Shown: in pieces, positions 56,731 to 63,776 of the stretch | Numbering within the stretch: the stretch's first letter is position 1 | How the letters are laid out: each line of letters begins with the position of its first letter | Source: Candidatus Falkowbacteria bacterium | Lineage (GTDB): Bacteria > Patescibacteriota > Patescibacteriia > Patescibacteriales > UBA12465 | Direction: 5' to 3' | Length of the DNA: 64,000 nt | Assembly: GCA_016432645.1 (NCBI GenBank) | Contig: CP066698.1 | Coordinates: 197,062-261,061, forward strand | The notes under the pieces: model-generated | Seen by the model: the letters and a program-made list of their open reading frames with translations, nothing else | Databases searched by the model: none | What the model was told of the DNA's origin: nothing | Program-made: the position numbers and the translations under genes

Positions 56731-56732
56731 TT

Positions 56733-57590
56733 TTATTTAATAATTTCTGTTACTTCGTTTAACTTATCAATCACGCTATGATAATCTTTGTTGTTGAATG
56801 ATTCTTTGGCTTCGTCAATTATCTTATCGGCTTCATTTATTTTAGCGTCAGCTTCCGCCTCAACTTTTATTTCTACGGAACTTGTCGCCTTGGTTTCGGT
56901 GCTAGTCGTGGTTTGTTCGGTTTTAATTGCCGCGCCGGCATTAATTACTGGGGCTTGGCGGGAGGCTTCATTTTCTTTAATTTGAATTCCCTGTTCGGTT
57001 TTATATTCAGTGGCAATCGCGACGGCCTCTTCCGACATTTCCACTGGCTCGTTGGTGCTGGTTTCTGTTTTATAGGATTTAGCGACGCTGGCGTTCACAA
57101 TTTTTTTAACGGTCTCAATTTCTTTATTAAAGCTATCACTTAACTTCGCTACTTGGTCCTTGTTCTCTTCATTATTGAAACTCGGGTCGGATAAGACGGC
57201 GGAGATATCTTGTGCATGGTTAGTCGCGAACTTAACGGCTAGCTTGTTTTTCTCCTCCGGGTTTAACAGCGTATTGAGCTTAGCCTTTTCGGAAATAATT
57301 CTGGCGATATACAAGGAGTCGTTTGGTTTGGCTTGGCTAAAAAGTTTATGGCCAAAAATACTGCTGGCAACCAGAACTAACATAAAAACGCCCAAGGCAA
57401 AAACCGGCTGCGAAGAAGCCTTTAAGAAACTTTTTAGATTGATGAAGAAGACCTGGCCGCCGGATAATTTATCGGCACCGGAATTGGAGATTTGGGCTAA
57501 AAAAAGCTCCCGATTGCTCGTAAGCCACGAGCTATCCGGATTAACATTTTTTAGGGTATTTAGTTTTGAGATTAAATCTTTGTCTGTCAT
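56733..57590 (-). CDS. single-pass membrane protein downstream of the sigma factor gene (possible anti-sigma / DUF5667-like)
   Basis: Short cytoplasmic N-terminus, TM helix VFALGVFMLVLVASSIFG, helical extracytoplasmic part. Gene order sigma then this gene. Confidence 0.45.
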   Translation of the reverse strand: MTDKDLISKLNTLKNVNPDSSWLTSNRELFLAQISNSGADKLSGGQVFFINLKSFLKASSQPVFALGVFMLVLVASSIFGHKLFSQAKPNDSLYIARIISEKAKLNTLLNPEEKNKLAVKFATNHAQDISAVLSDPSFNNEENKDQVAKLSDSFNKEIETVKKIVNASVAKSYKTETSTNEPVEMSEEAVAIATEYKTEQGIQIKENEASRQAPVINAGAAIKTEQTTTSTETKATSSVEIKVEAEADAKINEADKIIDEAKESFNNKDYHSVIDKLNEVTEIIK

Positions 57591-57643
57591 ACGCTATAAT
57601 ATACGGAAAAACTCCAGAAACGTTACAGTTAATTAATAGTTGA

Positions 57644-58222
57644 CTAAGCGTTCGGCTTAGGCTCAATTAGGTCTTTTAGAGCGCTGAGCGCACGGTGCAG
57701 CAAAACTCTAACATTTCCACGGCTTTTTTGGGTAATATCGGAGATTTCTTCCAAGCTTAAATCATTGATAAAGCGCATGATAATAATTTCCCGATATTCC
57801 TCTTTTAAAAACGGCAATTTACTGACAATTCGTTTTAAATCCTGATCATCATCAATTTTATCGGATTGGCTCATATCAGCCGCAATATCAATTGGATTTT
57901 CCTCATCATCAAGCGAAATTGGCTTATGACTTCCCCGTTCGCGATAATAGTCAATAATGGCATTTCTGGCGACTTTATAGAGCAAGGCGCGCAGGGTTTT
58001 GGCGTCTTCCAGGGTGTTTTTTTGGATATGGTCCCAGGTCTTTAAAAAGATAATTGAAGTTAAATCATTAGCTTCTTCCCGACTGCCGATTTTAAAATAA
58101 ACGAAGCGGTGGATATCGCTCACATTAGCATCATAAACCTCAGTAAAAACCTCCTTATCCCGGCTTTTCAGACGGCTTAGGGTTTGCTTATTCTTAAATT
58201 TTTTAACTATATTAGACGGCAT
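57644..58222 (-). CDS. sigma-70 family (ECF-like) RNA polymerase sigma factor
   Basis: Region 2 (DIHRFVYFKIGSREEANDLTSIIFLKTW) and region 4 HTH (LSLEEISDITQKSRGNVRVLLHRAL). Confidence 0.85.
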   Translation of the reverse strand: MPSNIVKKFKNKQTLSRLKSRDKEVFTEVYDANVSDIHRFVYFKIGSREEANDLTSIIFLKTWDHIQKNTLEDAKTLRALLYKVARNAIIDYYRERGSHKPISLDDEENPIDIAADMSQSDKIDDDQDLKRIVSKLPFLKEEYREIIIMRFINDLSLEEISDITQKSRGNVRVLLHRALSALKDLIEPKPNA

Positions 58223-58253
58223 TTAATTTTCTTTTTTAGATTAGTCCTAATAA

Positions 58254-58283
58254 CAAAAAATAACGGGAAAACACTTGTCCCGT
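58254..58283 (-). terminator. terminator-like hairpin inside the sigma-factor leader (ACGGGA-N9-TCCCGT, then TATTTTTTG)
   Basis: Read on the minus strand, ~40 nt upstream of the sigma ATG and downstream of a TTGCTT-N17-TAAAAT promoter-like pair. Confidence 0.4.
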
Positions 58284-58434
58284 ACACCTTGAATTTATTT
58301 TTAATCTGCCCCTATTTTAACATAGCTTTTTTTTAAAAGCAAATGTTAATTAGGCTGACTTTTCCCCATTTTTAGCTTTTTATCTTGCTATCTTTTACTA
58401 CGATTATGGGGGCTAAGAACTTCAATCTTGGCTC

Positions 58435-58463
58435 TTGACTTTTTATCAAATAGGGGTTAAGAT
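58435..58463 (+). promoter_or_regulatory. promoter TTGACT-N17-TAAGAT for the HTH gene
   Basis: Hexamers at 58435-58440 and 58458-58463. Confidence 0.55.
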
Positions 58464-58471
58464 TCAAAGAC

Positions 58472-58497
58472 TTAAGTCCAGAAAGTTATGGACTTAA
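58472..58497. promoter_or_regulatory. inverted repeat TTAAGTCCA-N8-TGGACTTAA in the HTH-gene leader
   Basis: 9-bp perfect arms. Confidence 0.6.
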
Positions 58498-58546
58498 AGC
58501 CCTAAGATTAATTTTACCCTTTTATTTATTGGTCGTCTTTTAAGAG

Positions 58547-58574
58547 CTTTAGTCTACAATATTGTAGACTAAAG
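58547..58574. promoter_or_regulatory. 28-bp perfect palindrome CTTTAGTCTACAAT|ATTGTAGACTAAAG, 10 nt upstream of the HTH gene ATG
   Basis: Verified base by base. Shares the TTAGTC/GACTAA core with the repeat at 58472-58497. Confidence 0.75.
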
Positions 58575-58584
58575 TGCTAAAAAC

Positions 58585-58887
58585 ATGGACAAGTTTGTAG
58601 ATATTAAGAAGCCAAATATCTCTTTAGAGAATGTAGCCAATCCGATTTGGGTATCCGTATCCGAAGCGGCGGCTTTAGGAGGCGTCCAGGGAAAGACTAT
58701 TAGACGGGCTTTGAAGGATGAAAAAGGGACTCTCGTCTTTAAGATTGTTAAAGACCGATATCAAATTGAACTCGGTTCCCTGATTATTTTTTTACATCGG
58801 AATAAAAAGCTGAATAATAAATTGCAAGACTTTGGTTTGGGACAATATGTTAGCGAGTGGAAAGCGGAGACCGAAAAGGAGCGCTAA
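58585..58887 (+). CDS. small helix-turn-helix DNA-binding protein (excisionase/MerR-like HTH)
   Basis: WVSVSEAAALGGVQGKTIRRAL is a classic HTH. 100 aa. Confidence 0.65.
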   Translation: MDKFVDIKKPNISLENVANPIWVSVSEAAALGGVQGKTIRRALKDEKGTLVFKIVKDRYQIELGSLIIFLHRNKKLNNKLQDFGLGQYVSEWKAETEKER

Positions 58888-58913
58888 CTTATTTCCTTAA
58901 AACCGTTGCCTAT

Positions 58914-58946
58914 AAAAAAGCCCCTCTGACAAGGAGGGGCTTTTTG
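58914..58946 (+). terminator. terminator after the HTH gene (GCCCCTC-N7-GAGGGGC plus T5)
   Basis: GC stem plus T-run. Confidence 0.8.
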
Positions 58947-58986
58947 TTTTAAGCGGAGTTTATCTGACATCAGTTATAATACTTTT

Positions 58987-59064
58987 GATGTGGGCCCGGG
59001 AGTGGTCTCCGTGGCCAGATTTAGCACCCGGCTTCCGGGGTTCGATTCCCCGCGGGTCCACATC
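58987..59064 (+). ncRNA. tRNA-like cloverleaf RNA that is not a canonical tRNA
   Basis: 12-bp terminal stem (GATGTGGGCCCG / CGGGTCCACATC), with G:U at the third pair of the inner 7 bp. Mini D-like hairpin GGAG-UGGU-CUCC. 4-bp stem with a 13-nt loop. Canonical T-arm CGGGG-TTCGATT-CCCCG. TATAAT at 58975-58980. Confidence 0.6.
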
Positions 59065-59096
59065 TGGTTTGGGCTTAATTGATAACCAAAAAAATA

Positions 59097-59125
59097 TTGA
59101 CTAAGCTTGTCGCTTTTGCTATAAT
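59097..59125 (+). promoter_or_regulatory. near-consensus promoter TTGACT-N17-TATAAT
   Basis: Hexamers at 59097-59102 and 59120-59125. Confidence 0.7.
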
Positions 59126-59131
59126 AAATTT

Positions 59132-59209
59132 TACGAGTGCTAAATCTGGCGACAATATACAAGACCATTCTGAAGTGTGAAAAACCTCTCCTAAACGGAG
59201 AGGTTTTTT
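59132..59209 (+). ncRNA. candidate ~78-nt sRNA (promoter to terminator)
   Basis: Starts ~7 nt after the -10 and ends at the ACCTCTCC-TAAAC-GGAGAGGT plus T6 terminator. Nucleotides 59137-59150 are the exact reverse complement of 59014-59027 in the tRNA-like RNA. Confidence 0.6.
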
Positions 59210-59235
59210 ATTTACCCGCAAGTCTTCATCCGGCA

Positions 59236-59274
59236 AAATAAAAACCACCTTGGATTCCGTCAAGGTGGTTTTTG
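59236..59274 (-). terminator. terminator of the HU gene (ACCACCTTG-N8-CAAGGTGGT)
   Basis: 9-bp stem with T-runs on both strands. Confidence 0.8.
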
Positions 59275-59321
59275 TATATGAGAAACTAAAGTTCTCGGAG
59301 GATAACTGTGTAAGCTAAATA

Positions 59322-59603
59322 CTAAAGAATAGCATCTTTAGCCGCTTTAGCTAAGCGGAACTTAACAACAGTTTTTGCCGGTATCTTGATGGTCTCACCC
59401 GTTGCTGGGTTGCGGCCTTCTCTGGCTTTTCTCTTAACTTTTACTAATTTACCAAATCCTGGAACGATGCATTCACCATTCTTTTTTACTTCCTTATAAA
59501 CAACTTCGGTAAGAGCATCCATAAAGCTACTTACTTGTTTTTTGCTTAACTCTACACTTTCGGCCAAGGCCGCAATCATTTGGGACTTTGTCATTTTGGA
59601 CAT
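59322..59603 (-). CDS. hup: HU/IHF-family nucleoid protein (start at 59603 or 59594)
   Basis: MTKSQMIAALAE...GFGKLVKVKRKAREGRNPATGETIKIPAKTVVKF. Promoter TTGGCA-N17-TATAAT at 59718-59690. Confidence 0.9.
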   Translation of the reverse strand: MSKMTKSQMIAALAESVELSKKQVSSFMDALTEVVYKEVKKNGECIVPGFGKLVKVKRKAREGRNPATGETIKIPAKTVVKFRLAKAAKDAIL

Positions 59604-59736
59604 AGTTTTGTAAATGGAACTAATCAAGAAAGCCCTATTTAAAGCTCTAAAGAAAAGTTCTTTTAATTATATACAATGTTTATAAGGATATTATAGCACA
59701 CTATAAAATATATGCCAATAAATAAAGGGGATATCT

Positions 59737-60477
59737 TTATTTTACTTTATAGGTCAAAGTAACTTCCACCTTAACTTCATTTTGTCCGGACTCAATGCTG
59801 GGGCTGGAAATGGCCTCGGCGCCGGCCACACTCTTCATTTCCAATCTAACATTAGAATAATCCATCATTGGCACATAGCTGGAAGAACTTTCATAAACCC
59901 CAACGATTTTACCTAAATTAAGCCCGGATTCATTGGCAATCATCACTGCTTTTTCTTTAGCTTTTTCAATCGCTAAGGCGCGCGCTTGATTTTTTAAATC
60001 ATATTCATCATCAATCGTGAAGCCGATATTACCGACTTGATTAGCACCTTGTTCGGTAGTTTTAGCGATGATGTCGCCGATTTTTTCTAAGTCTCTAATT
60101 TTTAAAGTCACGTTTTGAGAAACTTGATAACCGCTTAAAACTTGGCCGGATTTTTCCGTCCAGTTATAAACCGGGCTTAATTGGTAATCGGTAGTTTTAA
60201 TATCTTTATCTTCTACTCCCAAACCTTTCACGGCCGCGACAATGGCATTCATTTTTTCCGTGCTGTTTTTAGTCGCTTCGGCGGCAGTTTTTTTGACTTC
60301 AGTTTTAACGCCGACTGTTAGGCTGGCAATATCGGCTTTAGCGTAAACTGTTCCGGAACCGGTCACAGAAAAACGATCCTGCATGTCGTTCTTATTACTA
60401 AAATAAAAGGCGCCAACAATTACTGCGCCGACCACAATAATTCCTAGTGTGGCCAAGAATACTTGGGCTTTTTTCAT
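59737..60477 (-). CDS. SIMPL (DUF541) domain protein
   Basis: TM/signal N-terminus and family-typical pattern (GSGTVYAKADIASLTVGV...DIKTTDYQLSPVY...). Confidence 0.75.
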   Translation of the reverse strand: MKKAQVFLATLGIIVVGAVIVGAFYFSNKNDMQDRFSVTGSGTVYAKADIASLTVGVKTEVKKTAAEATKNSTEKMNAIVAAVKGLGVEDKDIKTTDYQLSPVYNWTEKSGQVLSGYQVSQNVTLKIRDLEKIGDIIAKTTEQGANQVGNIGFTIDDEYDLKNQARALAIEKAKEKAVMIANESGLNLGKIVGVYESSSSYVPMMDYSNVRLEMKSVAGAEAISSPSIESGQNEVKVEVTLTYKVK

Positions 60478-60566
60478 AACGTTTTTAGTTTAATTAAATA
60501 AATTAGCTTATTGCTTATTTATATTAGACGCCAAAAACCGCCAAAAAGTAACAAAGAGAGAAATAC

Positions 60567-60643
60567 TGGTGGTCGCTAGTGGATTCGAACCACTGACCTC
60601 CGCGATGTGAACGCGGCGCTCTAACCAGCTGAGCCAAGCGACC
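60567..60643 (-). tRNA. tRNA-Val (anticodon CAC), CCA encoded
   Basis: Manual cloverleaf: acceptor GGTCGCT/AGCGACC, D-arm GCTC...GAGC, anticodon arm CCGCG-TTCACAT-CGCGG, T-arm AGTGG-TTCGAAT-CCACT, ACCA. Confidence 0.9.
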
Positions 60644-60658
60644 ATTTCCATTTTAAGG

Positions 60659-60742
60659 TGCCCAGAGGGGGATTTGAACCCCCACAGGATTGCTCCTACA
60701 GCGTTCTGAACACTGCGTGTCTACCAATTTCACCATCTGGGC
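60659..60742 (-). tRNA. tRNA-Leu (anticodon CAG), long variable arm
   Basis: Acceptor GCCCAGA/TCTGGGC, anticodon arm CAGTG-TTCAGAA-CGCTG, variable arm AGGA-GCAA-TCCT, T-arm GGGGG-TTCAAAT-CCCCC. Confidence 0.9.
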
Positions 60743-60768
60743 TTATAAATATCTGGCTATATCTTAAA

Positions 60769-61878
60769 TTAATTTTTTGCTTTCGTCCAATTTGGCCGCC
60801 AAGAAGCCAGAAAAGTAGCAATTGGCATTGAAGCCATCACCCCGATACTACCAACCAGCGTCCGCACAATTTCCGTAGTCACCGATTCTGTGTTTAGCGC
60901 CCGGCTAATACTAAGACCGGACTGCTGATTAATTATAAGAAGCAATAATAAGGGTAAGGCCGCTCCGGCATAAGTTAAGAATAAGGTGTTCACAATTGCT
61001 CCTAGATGCGTGTTTCCAACCTTATAAGCGAGCGCGAAAACCTTTCTCGGGGGTAATTTCGGATTAGCCAGCCGAATGCTGTCTACGGCCTCAATTTGCC
61101 CTAAAATGATATCATCCAGAACCCCGATGGCTCCAATTAACATTCCGGCCAATAAGAGCCCCTTAAAATTAATAATGGCATTGCCATTGCCCAGCAAGAA
61201 AAAGGATTCTTCTTGGGCCATACCCGTCAGCCGGGTTAGGTTGCTAAAAATAATTGATAGGAGGAGCGTCAAAATTAATGATAGAAAAACCGAAAAAATA
61301 GCTAAATGTGATTTACGGTTAAAACCTTCGGTTAAATAGATGATAAAAAACATCATCATCAAGCCGCCGATAAGGCTGATTAAAAATGGGTCTCGGCCAT
61401 TTAGAATCTGGGGCAAAATGAACTTGATAATAATAAAAAAACTGACGACTAAACTTAAAAGCGCCCGCAAGCCTTTAACGCGGCCGACGATTATAACCGT
61501 TAGCACAAAAATAAGTGTTAGCCATAAAATCGGACCGCTGCGGACGTAATCAACTACATAATATGTTTCCTGCCCGTTCTCATCGCTAAAGGCGTCAATA
61601 AAAACCTTATCTCCGACTTGATAAGTATTGGCATCGCCCACTTCAATCTCCGAGATGCCATAATAAACGGCCTCCTGCCCCTTTCTATCGCCATCCAGAA
61701 CCTTAAAACGCAGATTTTGCTGGGTAAAGGTGCTACCATCTTCCCTAACTTTCTGAGCCTCTTGTTCAACCTTAATGATTTCCGCCTTAAAACTATCAGC
61801 CTTATCTTGCGCGCTCGCCAGCGGAGCGGCTAAAGCCGATATCAAAAACAAAAAAATAAAAACAAAAGTTTTTTTCAT
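60769..61878 (-). CDS. YibE/F-family integral membrane protein
   Basis: Signal peptide plus ~100-aa extracytoplasmic domain, then about 7 TM helices with a GRVKGLRALLSL-type motif. Confidence 0.6.
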   Translation of the reverse strand: MKKTFVFIFLFLISALAAPLASAQDKADSFKAEIIKVEQEAQKVREDGSTFTQQNLRFKVLDGDRKGQEAVYYGISEIEVGDANTYQVGDKVFIDAFSDENGQETYYVVDYVRSGPILWLTLIFVLTVIIVGRVKGLRALLSLVVSFFIIIKFILPQILNGRDPFLISLIGGLMMMFFIIYLTEGFNRKSHLAIFSVFLSLILTLLLSIIFSNLTRLTGMAQEESFFLLGNGNAIINFKGLLLAGMLIGAIGVLDDIILGQIEAVDSIRLANPKLPPRKVFALAYKVGNTHLGAIVNTLFLTYAGAALPLLLLLIINQQSGLSISRALNTESVTTEIVRTLVGSIGVMASMPIATFLASWRPNWTKAKN

Positions 61879-61890
61879 GTTAAATAATAA

Positions 61891-62832
61891 TTAGGAATTT
61901 TTCAGGGAGGCGGAGAGACGAATTTTCTTTTTATTATATTTAACCGAGAGAAATAAAAATAAACCGAGCAAGCCCATCATCACGACCGGCGAAAACCAGA
62001 ACGGGAATTCCATGCCGAAACTTTCTAAAACCATAATGGAACCCAAGACGCCAATGGCATACATCGCTCCATTTTTTAAGAATTCAAATTTGGTAATGAA
62101 GTCTATGCCTCTGATTGTCAGTTCCCGCACCACAAAGGCTCCCAGGCCATTACCAATAATAATCAGCGGAATGCTCATCGTAAAAGCGAAGGCGCCGATA
62201 ACGCCATCAATCGAAAAGGAAGTATCTAGAACTTCCAAATAAAAAATCTTGCTCCAAGCGCTCATTGAAGGGTCCATCAGCTGCTTTTCCTTCTCTTCCG
62301 CATTCTTTTTAAAACCATCGGTAATAAAGAAAGCGGAGACACCGATAGTCGCCGCTAAAGCCAAAATGGCGTTTTCTTTTAAGGAAAAATAAACAACGCC
62401 AGTTGTCACCAGCGAAGCCAGCGCGTAAAACCAAACTCCTTGGCGATGAATAAAACCTTCAACCATAAAGGCATACTTTTTTTCCTCCAAAAATAACCAA
62501 GATAAAAACACTAAAAACAAGTAAATACCGCCACCAAGGAGTAATAATGGCTTGGAGTGCTCTAGGTAGCCCTTGACCTCTTCGCTATTAGAAAAAGCGG
62601 CCGTAACCACCTGCCCGAGATTTAAGTCCGGATTGGCAATCCAAACAATTAAAAACGGTAGGACGCCTCTAACAACAAAGACAGCAAATAATAAGCCCCA
62701 TAGTAAAAATATCTTGCGATATTTTTCCGGCATCGTCTTGAGAACATGGGCATTAACGACGGCATTGTCCACACTGCTGATAACCTCAAAAATACACAGC
62801 CCAATAATAATCACGATGACGCTCCAAATCAT
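61891..62832 (-). CDS. DUF475 / TerC-like integral membrane protein
   Basis: N-terminal FEVISSVDNAVVNA motif and a second SFSIDGVIGAF half. Confidence 0.55.
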   Translation of the reverse strand: MIWSVIVIIIGLCIFEVISSVDNAVVNAHVLKTMPEKYRKIFLLWGLLFAVFVVRGVLPFLIVWIANPDLNLGQVVTAAFSNSEEVKGYLEHSKPLLLLGGGIYLFLVFLSWLFLEEKKYAFMVEGFIHRQGVWFYALASLVTTGVVYFSLKENAILALAATIGVSAFFITDGFKKNAEEKEKQLMDPSMSAWSKIFYLEVLDTSFSIDGVIGAFAFTMSIPLIIIGNGLGAFVVRELTIRGIDFITKFEFLKNGAMYAIGVLGSIMVLESFGMEFPFWFSPVVMMGLLGLFLFLSVKYNKKKIRLSASLKNS

Positions 62833-62856
62833 ACTAATTTATTTTTAATTTATTAA

Positions 62857-63378
62857 TTAAGCAGCCGCGGCGTAAGGGCCGGAAGGAATATAAGTCCGTG
62901 CTTTTAATTCCTGGTCTATCATATAAATAACCGACCCCTCGGAACCAGCTAAATTTAATTTATCTAGAATTTCTACGGCATTAGCTTCCTCTTCGACTTG
63001 CTCGTCAACATACCATTTAATAAATGATTCCAAGGCAGAATCCTTTTCCTCTTTAGCTAGTTGGTGAATATTACTGATGCGTTCGGTAATATGCTGCTCG
63101 TGTTTCAAGCCAGCGCTAAATATATCTTTAATATTCTTTAGACCCGACAAATCCGGCTTGGCAATCGCCTCTAAAACCGGTTCTTCGTTGCGATCTAAAA
63201 GAAAACGATAAAAACCTAAGGCATGATCATTTTCCTCTTTAGCCTGGATATTCATCCAATTAGCAGCTCCCTTTAGGCCCTTTTTCTCTAAAAAAGCGGC
63301 GAAAGCCAAATAAAGATAGGATGAGTAGAATTCCTCATTTATCTGCTTATTTAAAATGTCTTTTATTTTACTGGTCAT
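62857..63378 (-). CDS. ferritin (non-haem, Ftn-type)
   Basis: Four-helix ferritin pattern with ferroxidase residues (QINEEFYSSYLY; KEENDHALGF; LKHEQHITE). Confidence 0.85.
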   Translation of the reverse strand: MTSKIKDILNKQINEEFYSSYLYLAFAAFLEKKGLKGAANWMNIQAKEENDHALGFYRFLLDRNEEPVLEAIAKPDLSGLKNIKDIFSAGLKHEQHITERISNIHQLAKEEKDSALESFIKWYVDEQVEEEANAVEILDKLNLAGSEGSVIYMIDQELKARTYIPSGPYAAAA

Positions 63379-63497
63379 ATGTTTAATATTAGTTAATTAA
63401 TACTTTATTATAGGGTTATTATAGCATTCTTTAATGAATTAGCAAAAAATAAAAAAACGCCCAACTCGGAGTTGAACGATTTTTTATTTTTCTGGAT

Positions 63498-63632
63498 TTA
63501 GTGCTTAATGTTGTGTTTCAACTTTTTAGCCGCCTTCTCTTCGAGCATTACGCGCTTAGCTTCTAATCTTTTTGCGGTCTTGCGGGAATGGGTCGGTTTC
63601 ATTTTGCCGACGCCGGTGCTTCTTTTAGCCAT
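63498..63632 (-). CDS. possible 44-aa highly basic protein (MAKRSTGVGKMKPTHSRKTAKRLEAKRVMLEEKAAKKLKHNIKH)
   Basis: ATG ORF shorter than the ORF-track cutoff, followed on the minus strand by a hairpin plus T-run at ~63455-63490. Composition resembles small ribosome-associated proteins. Confidence 0.4.
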   Translation of the reverse strand: MAKRSTGVGKMKPTHSRKTAKRLEAKRVMLEEKAAKKLKHNIKH

Positions 63633-63776
63633 AGATGTATTTTATAAAATAGTTTATTTAACTTTATTATCTTAACCTAAAGCTCAAATAAAATCAATCT
63701 TTTTGACAATAATGAAGCATTATGATAATTTAAAGGATAATTCTGAATATTTTTGAACCTTAAAAATAAGTAAAAA

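Noticed and set aside
59014-59150. The 14-bp inverted repeats as ends of an invertible promoter (phase-variation inverton) around the TTGACT-N17-TATAAT promoter
   Set aside because: No invertase is nearby, and flipping would aim the promoter at the antisense of the HTH gene with no obvious target. The left repeat coincides exactly with the loop of a well-formed cloverleaf, which favours an RNA-RNA explanation. This is not fully excluded.
58974-59263. Minus-strand ORFs of 64 aa and 62 aa overlapping the tRNA-like element and the sRNA
   Set aside because: They run through a T-arm, two promoters and terminators, and have no promoter or family support. The non-coding interpretation explains the sequence better.
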